Positions 29,448 through 39,288 of a stretch of DNA of 64,000 nucleotides are shown piece by piece (within the stretch, counting starts at the first letter, position 1; each line of letters begins with the position of its first letter). The translations under genes were made by a program, and so were the position numbers. The notes below the pieces were generated by a model that did no database searches, was not told the DNA's origin, and saw only the letters and a list, made by a program, of their open reading frames with translations. Location of the stretch: the sequence record DRR723986_6897. One strand, 5' to 3'.

Positions 29448-29878
29448 TATTGTTGCCCAAATGCGGTGATTAAATCGGCTTCTGGAATGTATCCGCCGTC
29501 AAGCATGCGGGTGAGTTTGTCATATATTTTCCAACTGTCGTTGACCTTATAAAGCGAGAGCACATCGAAATAGGTATTATTGTTGTTAACAGTGACTACC
29601 GCAATGCGGCCTTCATGCACGGAGATGTTTAGAATTTCGGCCTTATGATCCGGGTTTTTGGGCAAAGTGCTCCATATTTTCTCCCAGACCTGCTCAATGG
29701 GAATAACATAAACTTTTTCTGCGCCTGCATTGCCGGTTATCAGCTTCATTTGTGCCTTTGGAACGTCATAGGCTGTTTGAATGCGCGGCCAGTCGTTGGT
29801 TGCAACGCCGAAGATATAATTGAACACGGCGTCGCTTACGCCCTGATAGTCATGTTGGTTGTGATTGTTTGATTTCAT
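29447..29878 (-). CDS. NTF2-like (lumazine-binding_2-like) protein
   Basis: AVFNYIFG, YFDVLSLYKVNDSWKIYDK; TAATG overlap with the downstream dehydrogenase. Confidence 0.75.
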   Translation of the reverse strand: MKSNNHNQHDYQGVSDAVFNYIFGVATNDWPRIQTAYDVPKAQMKLITGNAGAEKVYVIPIEQVWEKIWSTLPKNPDHKAEILNISVHEGRIAVVTVNNNNTYFDVLSLYKVNDSWKIYDKLTRMLDGGYIPEADLITAFGQQ

Positions 29879-29958
29879 GGGTTTCCTTTCCATTCATTTG
29901 CTAAGCGCCATTATGGATGAAGGCCTTTCAATGAGGCAGGCCCAACGAGGTAGACTGG

Positions 29959-29976
29959 TTTTTCATTTTTGAAAAA
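29959..29976. promoter_or_regulatory. Palindrome, probable LysR binding site in divergent promoter
   Basis: TTTTTCA-tttt-TGAAAAA between LysR and the NTF2-dehydrogenase operon. Confidence 0.45.
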
Positions 29977-30028
29977 GCTGTATTGAGCAAAAATGGCCCA
30001 TCACGTAAAAAGTGTTCAGGAGATGCTT

Positions 30029-30895
30029 ATGGACTGGGACCATGTAAAAATATTTTTGGCGGTTGTTAACGAATGCAGCCTTTCTGCTGCTGCCCCGCAC
30101 CTGAAGATTAGCCCACCGACAATTGCGCGCCATATTGCCCGTTTGGAACAAACCACGGGCCTTAAGCTTTTTGACCACCGGCATGATGGGTATTTTGTTA
30201 CCGAAGCTGGCAAGGGCCTTATTGATGCGGCCCAAAAAATGGACGGTGCTGCACAAGACTTTACCAGGCAGGCAAAAGCCTTAGGTGAAGTGGCCCACGG
30301 GCGCGTTAAGGTGGCGTCTGGGTTTTGGTTTTCACGGTTTATCACTGAATATTTGCCGCACTTCCATGCGCAGTATCCTGAGATAGATATCGAGTTGATA
30401 ACCGGTCATGCAATTGCAGACCTCGATCGCGGCGACGCCGATATCTCAATTCGTAATATGCGCCCATCAGAAGGTGATTTGGTCATGCGAAAGCTTGGCG
30501 AGGCACCTTACGCAGTCTATGGTTCGGCAGACTATGTTGCGGAAAACCCTGCTGCTAAAGGGGAGGACCGGTTTGACCACTGTGACTGGATTATTGGCTC
30601 TGATTCGCTTGCAGGCCTTGCCTCACAGGTATGGCTGCGCGAAAAATTGAAGAAAGAGCCTATTCTCAGGTGCTCGCAGACGCTGCAGTTTCTTGATGCG
30701 GCAAAGTCGGGCCTTGGGCTTACGGTTTTACCCACATTGGTGGGGGCAAATGAAGCCACATTGGTGCAGGTTTCAGAGCCTATTTCATTGGATAATAGCG
30801 AAATTTGGCTGGTGGTTCACGAAGACCTCAAAAAGGCACCGGCAGTGCGCGCTGTGATTGACTGGCTTGTGCCCCTTTTCCGAGCTCTCAAATAA
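30029..30895 (+). CDS. LysR family transcriptional regulator
   Basis: MDWDHVKIFLAV..SLSAAA..PTIARHIARLE; DADISIR; WLVVHEDL. Confidence 0.93.
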   Translation: MDWDHVKIFLAVVNECSLSAAAPHLKISPPTIARHIARLEQTTGLKLFDHRHDGYFVTEAGKGLIDAAQKMDGAAQDFTRQAKALGEVAHGRVKVASGFWFSRFITEYLPHFHAQYPEIDIELITGHAIADLDRGDADISIRNMRPSEGDLVMRKLGEAPYAVYGSADYVAENPAAKGEDRFDHCDWIIGSDSLAGLASQVWLREKLKKEPILRCSQTLQFLDAAKSGLGLTVLPTLVGANEATLVQVSEPISLDNSEIWLVVHEDLKKAPAVRAVIDWLVPLFRALK

Positions 30896-30905
30896 TACGC
30901 AAAAT

Positions 30906-31436
30906 TTATGGTTTGGCCTTGTCGCGCGAGAAAACCGTTTGGTTAAATTGCTGCCAGCCTTCGGGCATTTTTACCCAATCTGTAACTTCAACAGTATCTT
31001 CATCTATGATCTGATAACGAGTGCGGCCTTGCTCGGTGGTGGCTCTTCCCCAGTGTGCGATGAGTGCATTCTCTTCGATAGTGGCTGATATAGGATGCAA
31101 ATTGCCGTTGGTGTCGGCCCAAAAAGCCTGAATTTCAGCGGTGTCTGGTTTTGGTGCGCCTGACTTTGCTGGCTTCGGCTTTTGATAATAAGCAGTACCC
31201 ATAAAAAAAGGTTGTGGCCCGTTTGGAGTTGGCCGGTTGATTTGGTAATCCAGCCTCAGAAAACGGCCACCTAGTTCGGTATCAACCCACTGCATGTTGC
31301 TGGTTGATGGGGCGCCAAAGGCTTCACCTTTTGCCTGCCATTTGCCAATAAAAGTTGAGAATATCGTCGCATCTTCTGCTGCAACTGCGGGGGCAACCAG
31401 CATGGCGATTGCCAAAATCCAAAGAGGTTTATTCAC
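30906..31436 (-). CDS. Exported hypothetical beta-barrel-like protein
   Basis: Signal peptide; FIGKWQAKG, LGGRFL. Confidence 0.7.
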   Translation of the reverse strand: MNKPLWILAIAMLVAPAVAAEDATIFSTFIGKWQAKGEAFGAPSTSNMQWVDTELGGRFLRLDYQINRPTPNGPQPFFMGTAYYQKPKPAKSGAPKPDTAEIQAFWADTNGNLHPISATIEENALIAHWGRATTEQGRTRYQIIDEDTVEVTDWVKMPEGWQQFNQTVFSRDKAKP

Positions 31437-31527
31437 AGATCATCTCCACTGTTATGTCTAAACTAATATCGTATGACATCGGTTGGTTTTGACAAAAAAT
31501 AACGTGAAGGTGCAATTTTTCTCCCGG

Positions 31528-32385
31528 CTATCTAAATAGTAGCATTGGCACTTTCGATTGGCTGATTTGTGCCATAGTTGTGCTGCCCAAAAAAAGATGC
31601 CTCAGCGGGGAATGGCCGAAAGCACCCATAAGCAAAAGATTTATGTCATGTTCCGCTACATAATTGGACACGGCATCATCTACAGAAGGCATATCTACAA
31701 TATTTGCAGTCACAGAGAAGCCTGCGCCTTGCAACATAGTTTTTGCTTTGCCAAGTAGGGCGTTTGATTGGCTATCATCAGGGCCAACTTTCAACAAGTG
31801 GCACTCTAGGCCCCGTAGCAATGTGTTAGAACTAGCAAACTCAATCGCTTTGCTGCTGCTGGCGCTGCCATCATAAGCGATTAAAAAGCGCTTCACGGGC
31901 TTGGCCTGGTGGGTTGCAATAAGCAGAGGCTTGCTTACGGTGCGTGTTACGCGCTCCAGGTTTGCACCTACATGGCCATGCGTGTCTGTTTTTGTTTCGC
32001 CGCGTTTCCCTATAATAATAAGGTCTGCCTTTTGTTCTTGTTGTTGAATCTCGTCAACCAACTCACCGCGTCTGTGTAGCAATTCAACAGCCGCTGAACC
32101 CGAAGCTTCCAATGCCTCTTTGGCATGGCTGAGGATTAGTTGGCCCTTTTTTTGTTCCAGCTTGCCGTGTTCTTGCTCAATTCTTGTCAGTTCTTCCAGC
32201 AAATCGCTTTTGGCTCCCAGCCCGATTTGACCCGATAGGTCGCCTGACACCGGGGCTTCAGAGTGACTTGGTACCATGTGCAGTAATGATATGTTTGCGC
32301 CCGTTTGACCTGAGGCCCAAGCTGCCATTGTGATGACATTCTCAGCGTGGGCTGATCCGTCCAGACATGCGATGATGGTTTTCAT
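31528..32385 (-). CDS. Universal stress protein (tandem Usp)
   Basis: IIACLDGS, IIGKRG, LIAYDGS, MGAFGHS..FLGSTT. Confidence 0.92.
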   Translation of the reverse strand: MKTIIACLDGSAHAENVITMAAWASGQTGANISLLHMVPSHSEAPVSGDLSGQIGLGAKSDLLEELTRIEQEHGKLEQKKGQLILSHAKEALEASGSAAVELLHRRGELVDEIQQQEQKADLIIIGKRGETKTDTHGHVGANLERVTRTVSKPLLIATHQAKPVKRFLIAYDGSASSSKAIEFASSNTLLRGLECHLLKVGPDDSQSNALLGKAKTMLQGAGFSVTANIVDMPSVDDAVSNYVAEHDINLLLMGAFGHSPLRHLFLGSTTMAQISQSKVPMLLFR

Positions 32386-32399
32386 ATCTTTAATCCCTA

Positions 32400-33881
32400 T
32401 CAATGTTCTGGCATCAGGTCTATGGCGTCTGGTTTATCGTGGACCCCTAGACGTTCAACAATGGTGGCGCTGGCTTCGTTCATGCCCAGTATTTCAACGT
32501 CGGTTCCCTCGCGGCGGTATTTCAACACAACTTTGTCCAATGCGGCTACACCGGACAAGTCCCAAAAATGGGCCTGGGTAAGGTCAATGGTAACTTTTTC
32601 AACCACCTCCTTATAGTCAAAGGCGTTTGAAAACTGGCTGGCGGAGGCAAAGAATACTTGGCCAAAAATTTGGTATGTGCGTGCATTGCCGTCTTCCGAC
32701 AATTCGGAGTTAATAACCAACAAATGAGATACTTTGCGGGCAAAAAACAGGGCGCTCATCAACACGCCAACAAATACGCCTTGGGCCAAATCATGGGTGG
32801 CCACCACAACGGCAACGGTAGACAGCATTACCAAACTGGATGATTTCGGGTGGGTGCGCAGGTTTTTCACCGAAGTCCAACTGAAGGTACCAATGGAAAC
32901 CATGATCATTACGGCTACCAAGGCGGCCATGGGTATCTGGCTGACCCAATCACCCAGCACGAGAATGAGAAACAATAAGAACCCACCAGCAAAGAAGGTG
33001 GACAGCCTGCCACGTCCGCCCGACTTCACGTTGATCACTGACTGACCAATCATGGCACAGCCTGCCATACCGCCGAAGAAACCCGCGATAATGTTGGCAA
33101 TGCCCTGGCCCTTACATTCGCGGTTCTTATCGCTGGGTGTGTCGGTCAGGTCGTCAACGATGACAGCGGTCATCAGTGATTCCAGCAATCCTACCGCCAT
33201 TAAGGTCACCGAATAAGGGAAGATAATTTCCAGTGTCTCGAGCGTTAATGGAATGTCAGGAATAAGGAACATAGGCAGGGTGTCAGGCAGGTCCCCCATG
33301 TCGCCCACCGTGCGCAGGTCAAGCCCGACAAACATGCTGAAGGCGGTAAGCACAACGATAGCCACCAGCGGTGATGGAACAGTTTTGGTCACATAAGGGA
33401 ACAGGTAAATGATGCCAAGGCCGGCCGTGACCATGGCGTACATTTGCCAGTTTGCGCCAACAAACTCAGGTAACTGCGCCATGAAAATCAAAATCGCCAG
33501 CGCGTTAACAAAACCCGTCATCACCGAACTGGACACAAAGCGCAGCAGCGAGCCCAGTTTGAGATAACCGGCAATAATTTGGAGAACACCGGTAAGCACC
33601 GTTGCTGCCAATAGATATTCAAGCCCATGCTCCTTGACCAGTAACACCATCACCAACGCCATCGCACCAGTCGCCGCCGAGATCATACCCGGGCGGCCAC
33701 CAACAATTGCAATTACAACTGCAATGCAGAAAGAGGCATAAAGCCCCACTTTCGGGTCAACCCCTGCGATAATGGAAAAGGCGATTGCTTCCGGGATAAG
33801 TGCAAGGGCAACCACCATGCCCGCAAGCAGATCATTTCGAATATTGCCGAACCATTCGGTACGCAATTGAGATAAAGACAT
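32400..33881 (-). CDS. SulP family anion transporter with STAS domain
   Basis: [40 protein letters not shown]. Confidence 0.95.
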   Translation of the reverse strand: MSLSQLRTEWFGNIRNDLLAGMVVALALIPEAIAFSIIAGVDPKVGLYASFCIAVVIAIVGGRPGMISAATGAMALVMVLLVKEHGLEYLLAATVLTGVLQIIAGYLKLGSLLRFVSSSVMTGFVNALAILIFMAQLPEFVGANWQMYAMVTAGLGIIYLFPYVTKTVPSPLVAIVVLTAFSMFVGLDLRTVGDMGDLPDTLPMFLIPDIPLTLETLEIIFPYSVTLMAVGLLESLMTAVIVDDLTDTPSDKNRECKGQGIANIIAGFFGGMAGCAMIGQSVINVKSGGRGRLSTFFAGGFLLFLILVLGDWVSQIPMAALVAVMIMVSIGTFSWTSVKNLRTHPKSSSLVMLSTVAVVVATHDLAQGVFVGVLMSALFFARKVSHLLVINSELSEDGNARTYQIFGQVFFASASQFSNAFDYKEVVEKVTIDLTQAHFWDLSGVAALDKVVLKYRREGTDVEILGMNEASATIVERLGVHDKPDAIDLMPEH

Positions 33882-33961
33882 GGCCTCGCCTGTTGTTTGT
33901 GAACGCCGAGTAGTCGGGCAGTGATGCCCGGTAAAACAGCGATCATTGTTATTTTAAATTT

Positions 33962-34037
33962 GAACCCAGTCTGTAGATGGGTATTTCAGGCGCATATGAA
34001 GATAATGGGTAGCCGCATAGACGCGCCGACGGTTAGC
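33962..34037 (-). ncRNA. Structured cis-regulatory leader upstream of SulP (sul1-motif-like)
   Basis: Stem GGCGCGUCUAUG/CAUAUGCGCC, loop CGGCUACCCAUUAUCUU, about 110-150 nt before the SulP start; position fits the alphaproteobacterial sul1 motif. Confidence 0.55.
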
Positions 34038-34105
34038 TGAGCGGTCTATATCTGCGTGTGCCTAGAGTTTCAAGCGGTTTTTAAGTGACGAAATCCGTCC
34101 AAAGA

Positions 34106-35035
34106 TCACTCAGATTTATTGTGACGACCATTTGGGTGCAGGGATTTGCCTAGAATATGCTCAGAACGATGAACAACATGCCCTGCATGGCCAACAATAA
34201 GGGGGTCGGGCGATGTCACCAGTTTGGTATCCTTGCCCGGATAGTCAAGCGTGTTCAGGAAGTGCAGCATGCAGTTGAGGCGGGCGCGTTTTTTGTCGTT
34301 TGATTTCACAATTGTCCACGGGGCGTCTGCAGTGTCGGTATAGAAAAACATGGCTTCTTTTGCTTCGGTATAATCATCCCATTTTGACAAACTGGCTTGA
34401 TCGATGGGGCTAAGCTTCCAGCGTTTCAGGGGGTCGGTTTTTCGCGCGTCAAAACGGCGTTTTTGCTCGTCTTGTGTGACAGAAAACCAATATTTGTATA
34501 GTTGAATACCGGAACGTACTAACATGCGCTCCAAGTCAGGTGCTTGGCGCATAAATTCCAGATAGTCACCGGGCGAGCAGAAGTCCATCACTCGCTCAAC
34601 GCCAGCGCGATTATACCAGGACCGGTCATATAATACGATTTCGCCGGCGGTGGGAAGATGCTCAAGGTAGCGCTGGAAAAACCATTGTCCGCGCTCCACG
34701 TCTGAGGGCTTGGCTAAGGCGACAACTCTGGCCTGACGGGGGTTAAGGTGTTCCATGAAACGCTTGATTGTGCCGCCTTTGCCTGCGGCATCCCGTCCCT
34801 CAAACAGCAACACAAATTTTTGGCCGGTTTCCTGTGCCCAGTGTTGGACCTTTAATAGCTCCGCTTGCAAGCTGGCTTTAACTTGTTCGTATTTGGAACG
34901 TGATATTTTGGTGTCATATGGATACTGACCGGTTTCAAATGCTTCGCGCACTTTGTCAGGTGTGACCACCGGGAAGACCAAGCCTTCTTTTTCACCATTT
35001 GCTTTGCTCATACTCGTGTTAGCCTGCTTAACCAT
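34106..35035 (-). CDS. ppk2: Polyphosphate kinase 2
   Basis: FEGRDAAGKGGTIKR, DRSWYNRAGVERVM, WKLSPID. Confidence 0.95.
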   Translation of the reverse strand: MVKQANTSMSKANGEKEGLVFPVVTPDKVREAFETGQYPYDTKISRSKYEQVKASLQAELLKVQHWAQETGQKFVLLFEGRDAAGKGGTIKRFMEHLNPRQARVVALAKPSDVERGQWFFQRYLEHLPTAGEIVLYDRSWYNRAGVERVMDFCSPGDYLEFMRQAPDLERMLVRSGIQLYKYWFSVTQDEQKRRFDARKTDPLKRWKLSPIDQASLSKWDDYTEAKEAMFFYTDTADAPWTIVKSNDKKRARLNCMLHFLNTLDYPGKDTKLVTSPDPLIVGHAGHVVHRSEHILGKSLHPNGRHNKSE

Positions 35036-35166
35036 GACGTTCCTTTCTCACTTCTGAAACGAAAGTAGGATGATTGGTGAATGCCGAGTCTTGATAAGTG
35101 TCAAAAATCTAGGCGCGTCCTCAAAATTGTGTCGAGTTGCTTTGCAGGTTGCCGGTAAGATGTTTA

Positions 35167-36423
35167 TTAATCCAGAATGCCGGAAGTGGCTAGCTGGCGA
35201 GAAATTTTAAGCAGGTCATGGCTTCTGCCTTTTGTGTCGGCAGTGCCGTAAAATGCAATAACAATGTCTTGCTCGGGTGCAACAAAAATGCCTTGGCCCG
35301 AGTATCCGCCTTTGAACATCATGCCATCTGGCCAAATCATATCCCACTGCCAGGCGGCGTGGGTAGGGGCGTCTTCATCCCAAAACTCTTTCATGCGGAA
35401 CAATTGTTCGGGGCTGAATTCAATACCATTTTTGCTGCGAAGGTCAGTAAGGTGGTCGCCCCCAATGACATTAGAGACATCACCGGTGAATATTTGGCCA
35501 AACCTTGCCACATCGCGCAGACGGGCTGATAAGCCCGCATGGGCGGCGGTGTCTCCCTTCGGGCTGATCATCATCAGGCCGTCTGCTTCTGCGCCGACAT
35601 GGTCCCAAATCAGGCTTTGCAGCGCGCTTGGAAGCGGCATACCAGTAACAGCTTCTATCACCAACCCGGTGACATATGTGTCAGCTGAAACATACTCATA
35701 TTTTGTGTTGGGGGTGCGGTAGCGTGTCATAGTTTTGATCAAGTCTAAAGTATCAACCGGCGGGTTTTTTGGTGCTGTTAGTCCCAAGCTTTCTTCATAT
35801 TGATAAATGCAGGAACTGGTATTTTGGTATCCATCACTATCAAGGCAGGCAATGCCGGATGCCATATTGACAATATTGCGCAGGCTAATCCCGGCCCAAC
35901 CGGTGCGGGCAAGCTCTGGCAAATAGTCTTCAACCGGTTTTTCCACATCAACCAAGTCTTGCGCTTCCAGCGCGGCCAGCGCCGTGGACACATATACTTT
36001 TGTCACCGACCAACCCAAGTGGCGGTCATGTGCTTTCATGCGCGGATAAGCTTCATAAACAATCTTGTCGCCTGCCATAACAAGCATGCCATCGATAAGT
36101 GGGCTACTGGAGACGTAGGATGCCAGCGTGGTTTCTGCGCCGTCAATGGTGACGATAAAGTTGGCCACGTCAGGGTTAGGGGCGGAGGCCAAAGGTCGTT
36201 CTGCGCCTGTACGGGCGATAACCGCATGGGGGAAAAAGGCAGGGAAGTTTTTCCAGACATAATGGCTGATTTCGCCGCCGTCATCAAAGTTGTCAGGAGT
36301 GTATTTGCGGTAAATCTCGCGTTTGTGCTCAAGCGTCGTTTCGCTGTCATCCTGTGCGCTTGCGCCTATGGCCGTAGCTGAAAAAACAGCTAAAACTGCA
36401 GCGCCGATTAAACTTCTTCTCAT
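35167..36423 (-). CDS. Exported serine hydrolase (NylB-like beta-lactamase family)
   Basis: Signal peptide, WSVTK, YEYVSADT, GYSGQ. Confidence 0.88.
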   Translation of the reverse strand: MRRSLIGAAVLAVFSATAIGASAQDDSETTLEHKREIYRKYTPDNFDDGGEISHYVWKNFPAFFPHAVIARTGAERPLASAPNPDVANFIVTIDGAETTLASYVSSSPLIDGMLVMAGDKIVYEAYPRMKAHDRHLGWSVTKVYVSTALAALEAQDLVDVEKPVEDYLPELARTGWAGISLRNIVNMASGIACLDSDGYQNTSSCIYQYEESLGLTAPKNPPVDTLDLIKTMTRYRTPNTKYEYVSADTYVTGLVIEAVTGMPLPSALQSLIWDHVGAEADGLMMISPKGDTAAHAGLSARLRDVARFGQIFTGDVSNVIGGDHLTDLRSKNGIEFSPEQLFRMKEFWDEDAPTHAAWQWDMIWPDGMMFKGGYSGQGIFVAPEQDIVIAFYGTADTKGRSHDLLKISRQLATSGILD

Positions 36424-36521
36424 GCTTATTTACCCCGTCCAATTGAGTTGGTCAGGGTAAGTATATGGCGCAGTCTCATACAAGTATACGGTCTTGTCGT
36501 ACGGATTATTCGCGGCGCATA

Positions 36522-38993
36522 TTACTCGTGCCGAAGCGCCAATATGGGGCTGATCAACGCTGCCCGCGCGGCATGGCTGGCGACGGTTAGCGCTGCAATG
36601 AATAAAACCGTTCCACCGGCACTGATGAACACAAGGGGAATCAGGTCAATTCGGTAGGCGAAGCTTTCCAACCAATTTTGCACAAGTAGCCCGGCAATGG
36701 GCCAGGCAATGACGCTGGCCAATAATACGGGCTTGGAAAATTGCCACACAAACAACCGGACAATTTCTATGACCCTGGCGCCGAGTACTTTGCGAATACC
36801 AACTTCTTTGGTGCGGCGTTCCACGTTGAAGGCGGCTAGGCCGAAAATACCAAGAAAGGCAATAACCACAGCAAGGGCGGCAAATACGCTAAACACTTGG
36901 GTCATGCGATCTTCTAGGGCGTATTGTTCTGCTAGGTCTTGGCGTAAATAAGTCCTCAATACAGGTACATTAGGCACATAACTTTCCCATAGTGCGTCAA
37001 TACGTGCCAGCGTTTCTGTTTGGCTGCTTGGCTCAAGTTTAATGGAAAGCGCGCTGAAAAAGGGTTCTGCATTTACGAATAACATGGGAACCAGTGGGCT
37101 ATGGATGGTTTGGAAATGGGCATTTTTCACAACACCAACAACCTCCACCAGTAATTGCCCGTTAATATAGTCTTGCATCTGGAAGGTTGTCCCCAATGCA
37201 TCAGCCGGATTGTTGTACCCAAGAGCTTGGGCCGCCAACTGGTTAATAATGATAGACGTGGCATAGGTGTTGTTTGCTGTACCGGTTTCAGGGTCAATCA
37301 GTGGCACATCTACGCTTCTGGCAGCCTCGAACGCGCGGCCAGCCAGCAGGCTCATGTTGAGGGTTGTGTCAAAACCCACATCCCCGGCAATGGCTTGAAT
37401 AGTGGTTACACCGCTTGCCCCGTCGGCGCCTGTGGGCGTTAGGCCAACATTATTTTGCTGCCCACCGCCGGGAAGCTGCGCTATACGCGTGGCAGACACC
37501 ACACCGGGAACGGTGCGCACATTTGCAAGCAAGGCTTGCTGGGCCTGGGCATCAGGTGCACCTCGCAGACCCCAATAAGAAACGACATTGTCAGCTTTAA
37601 AACCTAAATCCATGGATGTGGCGAACCTGGTTTGCAGGTAAAAATGCCCGGCGATGATCACCAACACAATCGAAATAATATACTGCGAAAGGATCAGAGC
37701 TAACCGAAAACGAGCAACTTTCGGTGACTGCGACCGCCCGCCGGAGAAGGCGGAGGAAAGGGACTTTGATGATAACTGAATTGCCGGGTAAAGGGCCGCA
37801 AGAACAGCTGTTCCTAAACTGGCGGTAACTGCAATGGTTAGGAAGGAAAGATCAAACTCAACCGCGCCAAACTTGGCCATGCCAATCCAGTTGAAGACAG
37901 ACGGCGCTAGCACTTCAACCAGCGATAAAGCAACAAGACAGGCAAAGCTAACCAGTAAAATTGCTTCCAGCAGTTGGCGGCCGATCAACTGACCGCGGCT
38001 GGCACCGGACAGCTTGCGCAGCGCCGTTTCCTTTTCGCGCGTTGTGGCATGTGCGGTTGACAGGTTAACAAAGTTTATGCCGGCCATCGCCAGTATCAGC
38101 GCGGCGATGCCGACAAAGCCAAATACCAAAGCGGCGCTGCCGCCGGGTGCGATAGGGTTTTCGCCCTGTTGGTGCAGGTGAATGTCGCCGACCGGCAAAA
38201 AGCCAAGTGACATGACCGAACTAGGGGTAAGGGGACGCCAGCTTTCGGGCGAGAAGAAGGCATTGGTATCGAGAAAGGCGGCTGCACGGTTTTCTATGGC
38301 GGTAATTGAAGCGCCACTTGCTAGGGTAAAGTAGCTATATACTCGGGCTGAGGTCCAATCGATGAAATCAATGTCGAGAGAGCCGGGGCCATCAAACAAT
38401 AGTATCTGGAAATCTAAATGGCTTTTGCCAGCTAGCGGGGCAAGCACGCCGGACACGCGGTAGTCTGTGCCGCCAATGGAAATGACTTTACCGGCAGCAT
38501 TCTGCCCATTACTGCGTTTTGGAAAATATTTGGCTGCAGTTTCTGCTGTGATAACCACCGACCCTGCCGCTGATAGGGCGCTGGCAGCATTGCCCTCTTT
38601 GAACGGCAAATCAAAAACATCAAAGAATGTTTCTTCAATGCGGAAAGCTGGTTCGGAGAATTGAGTGTCACCAATTTTTATGGGCGCTGTTCCTGCATAA
38701 AGCCGCGTAAAATGTTCAATTTCAGGGAAATCTTTTGTCATCGCCGCGCGCAGCTCTAGGGGGGTTCGTGCTAATGTTTTCGGTGCGCGTCCGGGCGGCG
38801 CATAGGCGGTTTCTATTGTATAGATGCGGCCTGCTGCTGGCAGCCAACTGTCGTAGCCAACTTCACTTTTGACAAACAGGATGATGAAGAAGGCGGCAGC
38901 AAGGCCGATGGTCAGTCCGCCAATGTTAATCAAGCTGAAAAGCTTGTTGCGCATGAAAACCCGCATTGCCACTTTCACATAACTGCCAAACAT
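36522..38993 (-). CDS. MacB/FtsX-type ABC permease (duplicated domain)
   Basis: KLFSLINIGGL, INFVNLSTA..R.KE, RRTKEVGIRKVLGA, WLESFAYRI. Confidence 0.92.
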   Translation of the reverse strand: MFGSYVKVAMRVFMRNKLFSLINIGGLTIGLAAAFFIILFVKSEVGYDSWLPAAGRIYTIETAYAPPGRAPKTLARTPLELRAAMTKDFPEIEHFTRLYAGTAPIKIGDTQFSEPAFRIEETFFDVFDLPFKEGNAASALSAAGSVVITAETAAKYFPKRSNGQNAAGKVISIGGTDYRVSGVLAPLAGKSHLDFQILLFDGPGSLDIDFIDWTSARVYSYFTLASGASITAIENRAAAFLDTNAFFSPESWRPLTPSSVMSLGFLPVGDIHLHQQGENPIAPGGSAALVFGFVGIAALILAMAGINFVNLSTAHATTREKETALRKLSGASRGQLIGRQLLEAILLVSFACLVALSLVEVLAPSVFNWIGMAKFGAVEFDLSFLTIAVTASLGTAVLAALYPAIQLSSKSLSSAFSGGRSQSPKVARFRLALILSQYIISIVLVIIAGHFYLQTRFATSMDLGFKADNVVSYWGLRGAPDAQAQQALLANVRTVPGVVSATRIAQLPGGGQQNNVGLTPTGADGASGVTTIQAIAGDVGFDTTLNMSLLAGRAFEAARSVDVPLIDPETGTANNTYATSIIINQLAAQALGYNNPADALGTTFQMQDYINGQLLVEVVGVVKNAHFQTIHSPLVPMLFVNAEPFFSALSIKLEPSSQTETLARIDALWESYVPNVPVLRTYLRQDLAEQYALEDRMTQVFSVFAALAVVIAFLGIFGLAAFNVERRTKEVGIRKVLGARVIEIVRLFVWQFSKPVLLASVIAWPIAGLLVQNWLESFAYRIDLIPLVFISAGGTVLFIAALTVASHAARAALISPILALRHE

Positions 38994-39024
38994 CTGATCC
39001 TCCTGTTTTTATTCTCTTTAACCA

Positions 39025-39041
39025 AGCAATAGGCAGGCCAA
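39025..39041 (-). promoter_or_regulatory. Sigma54 -24/-12 promoter of the ABC permease
   Basis: Minus strand TTGGCCTGCCTATTGCT (GG-N10-GC), about 30 nt before the ATG. Confidence 0.6.
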
Positions 39042-39132
39042 ATGAGGACGATGTAAAACATCATATAATACATATGGTTAAAGGCGCCGCTCGTAGATGC
39101 GATATTTGATTGCCACACCCATAATCCAAAAA

Positions 39133-39148
39133 TGTTCAAAATCGAACA
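39133..39148. promoter_or_regulatory. Palindromic candidate enhancer (bEBP) site
   Basis: TGTTC-aaaatc-GAACA about 90-105 nt upstream of the sigma54 site. Confidence 0.5.
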
Positions 39149-39288
39149 GTGGCTTTTCGGTGGCGACAAACGGAAAGACGAAAATATTTTCAGTACTGGC
39201 TGTAAAATATGGCATCTTGCTTTGGCGGCGTTTGTAATGAATCATTTGGCCCAAGGCTTTAGTAAGGGATGAAATAATGGGAGGTGTT

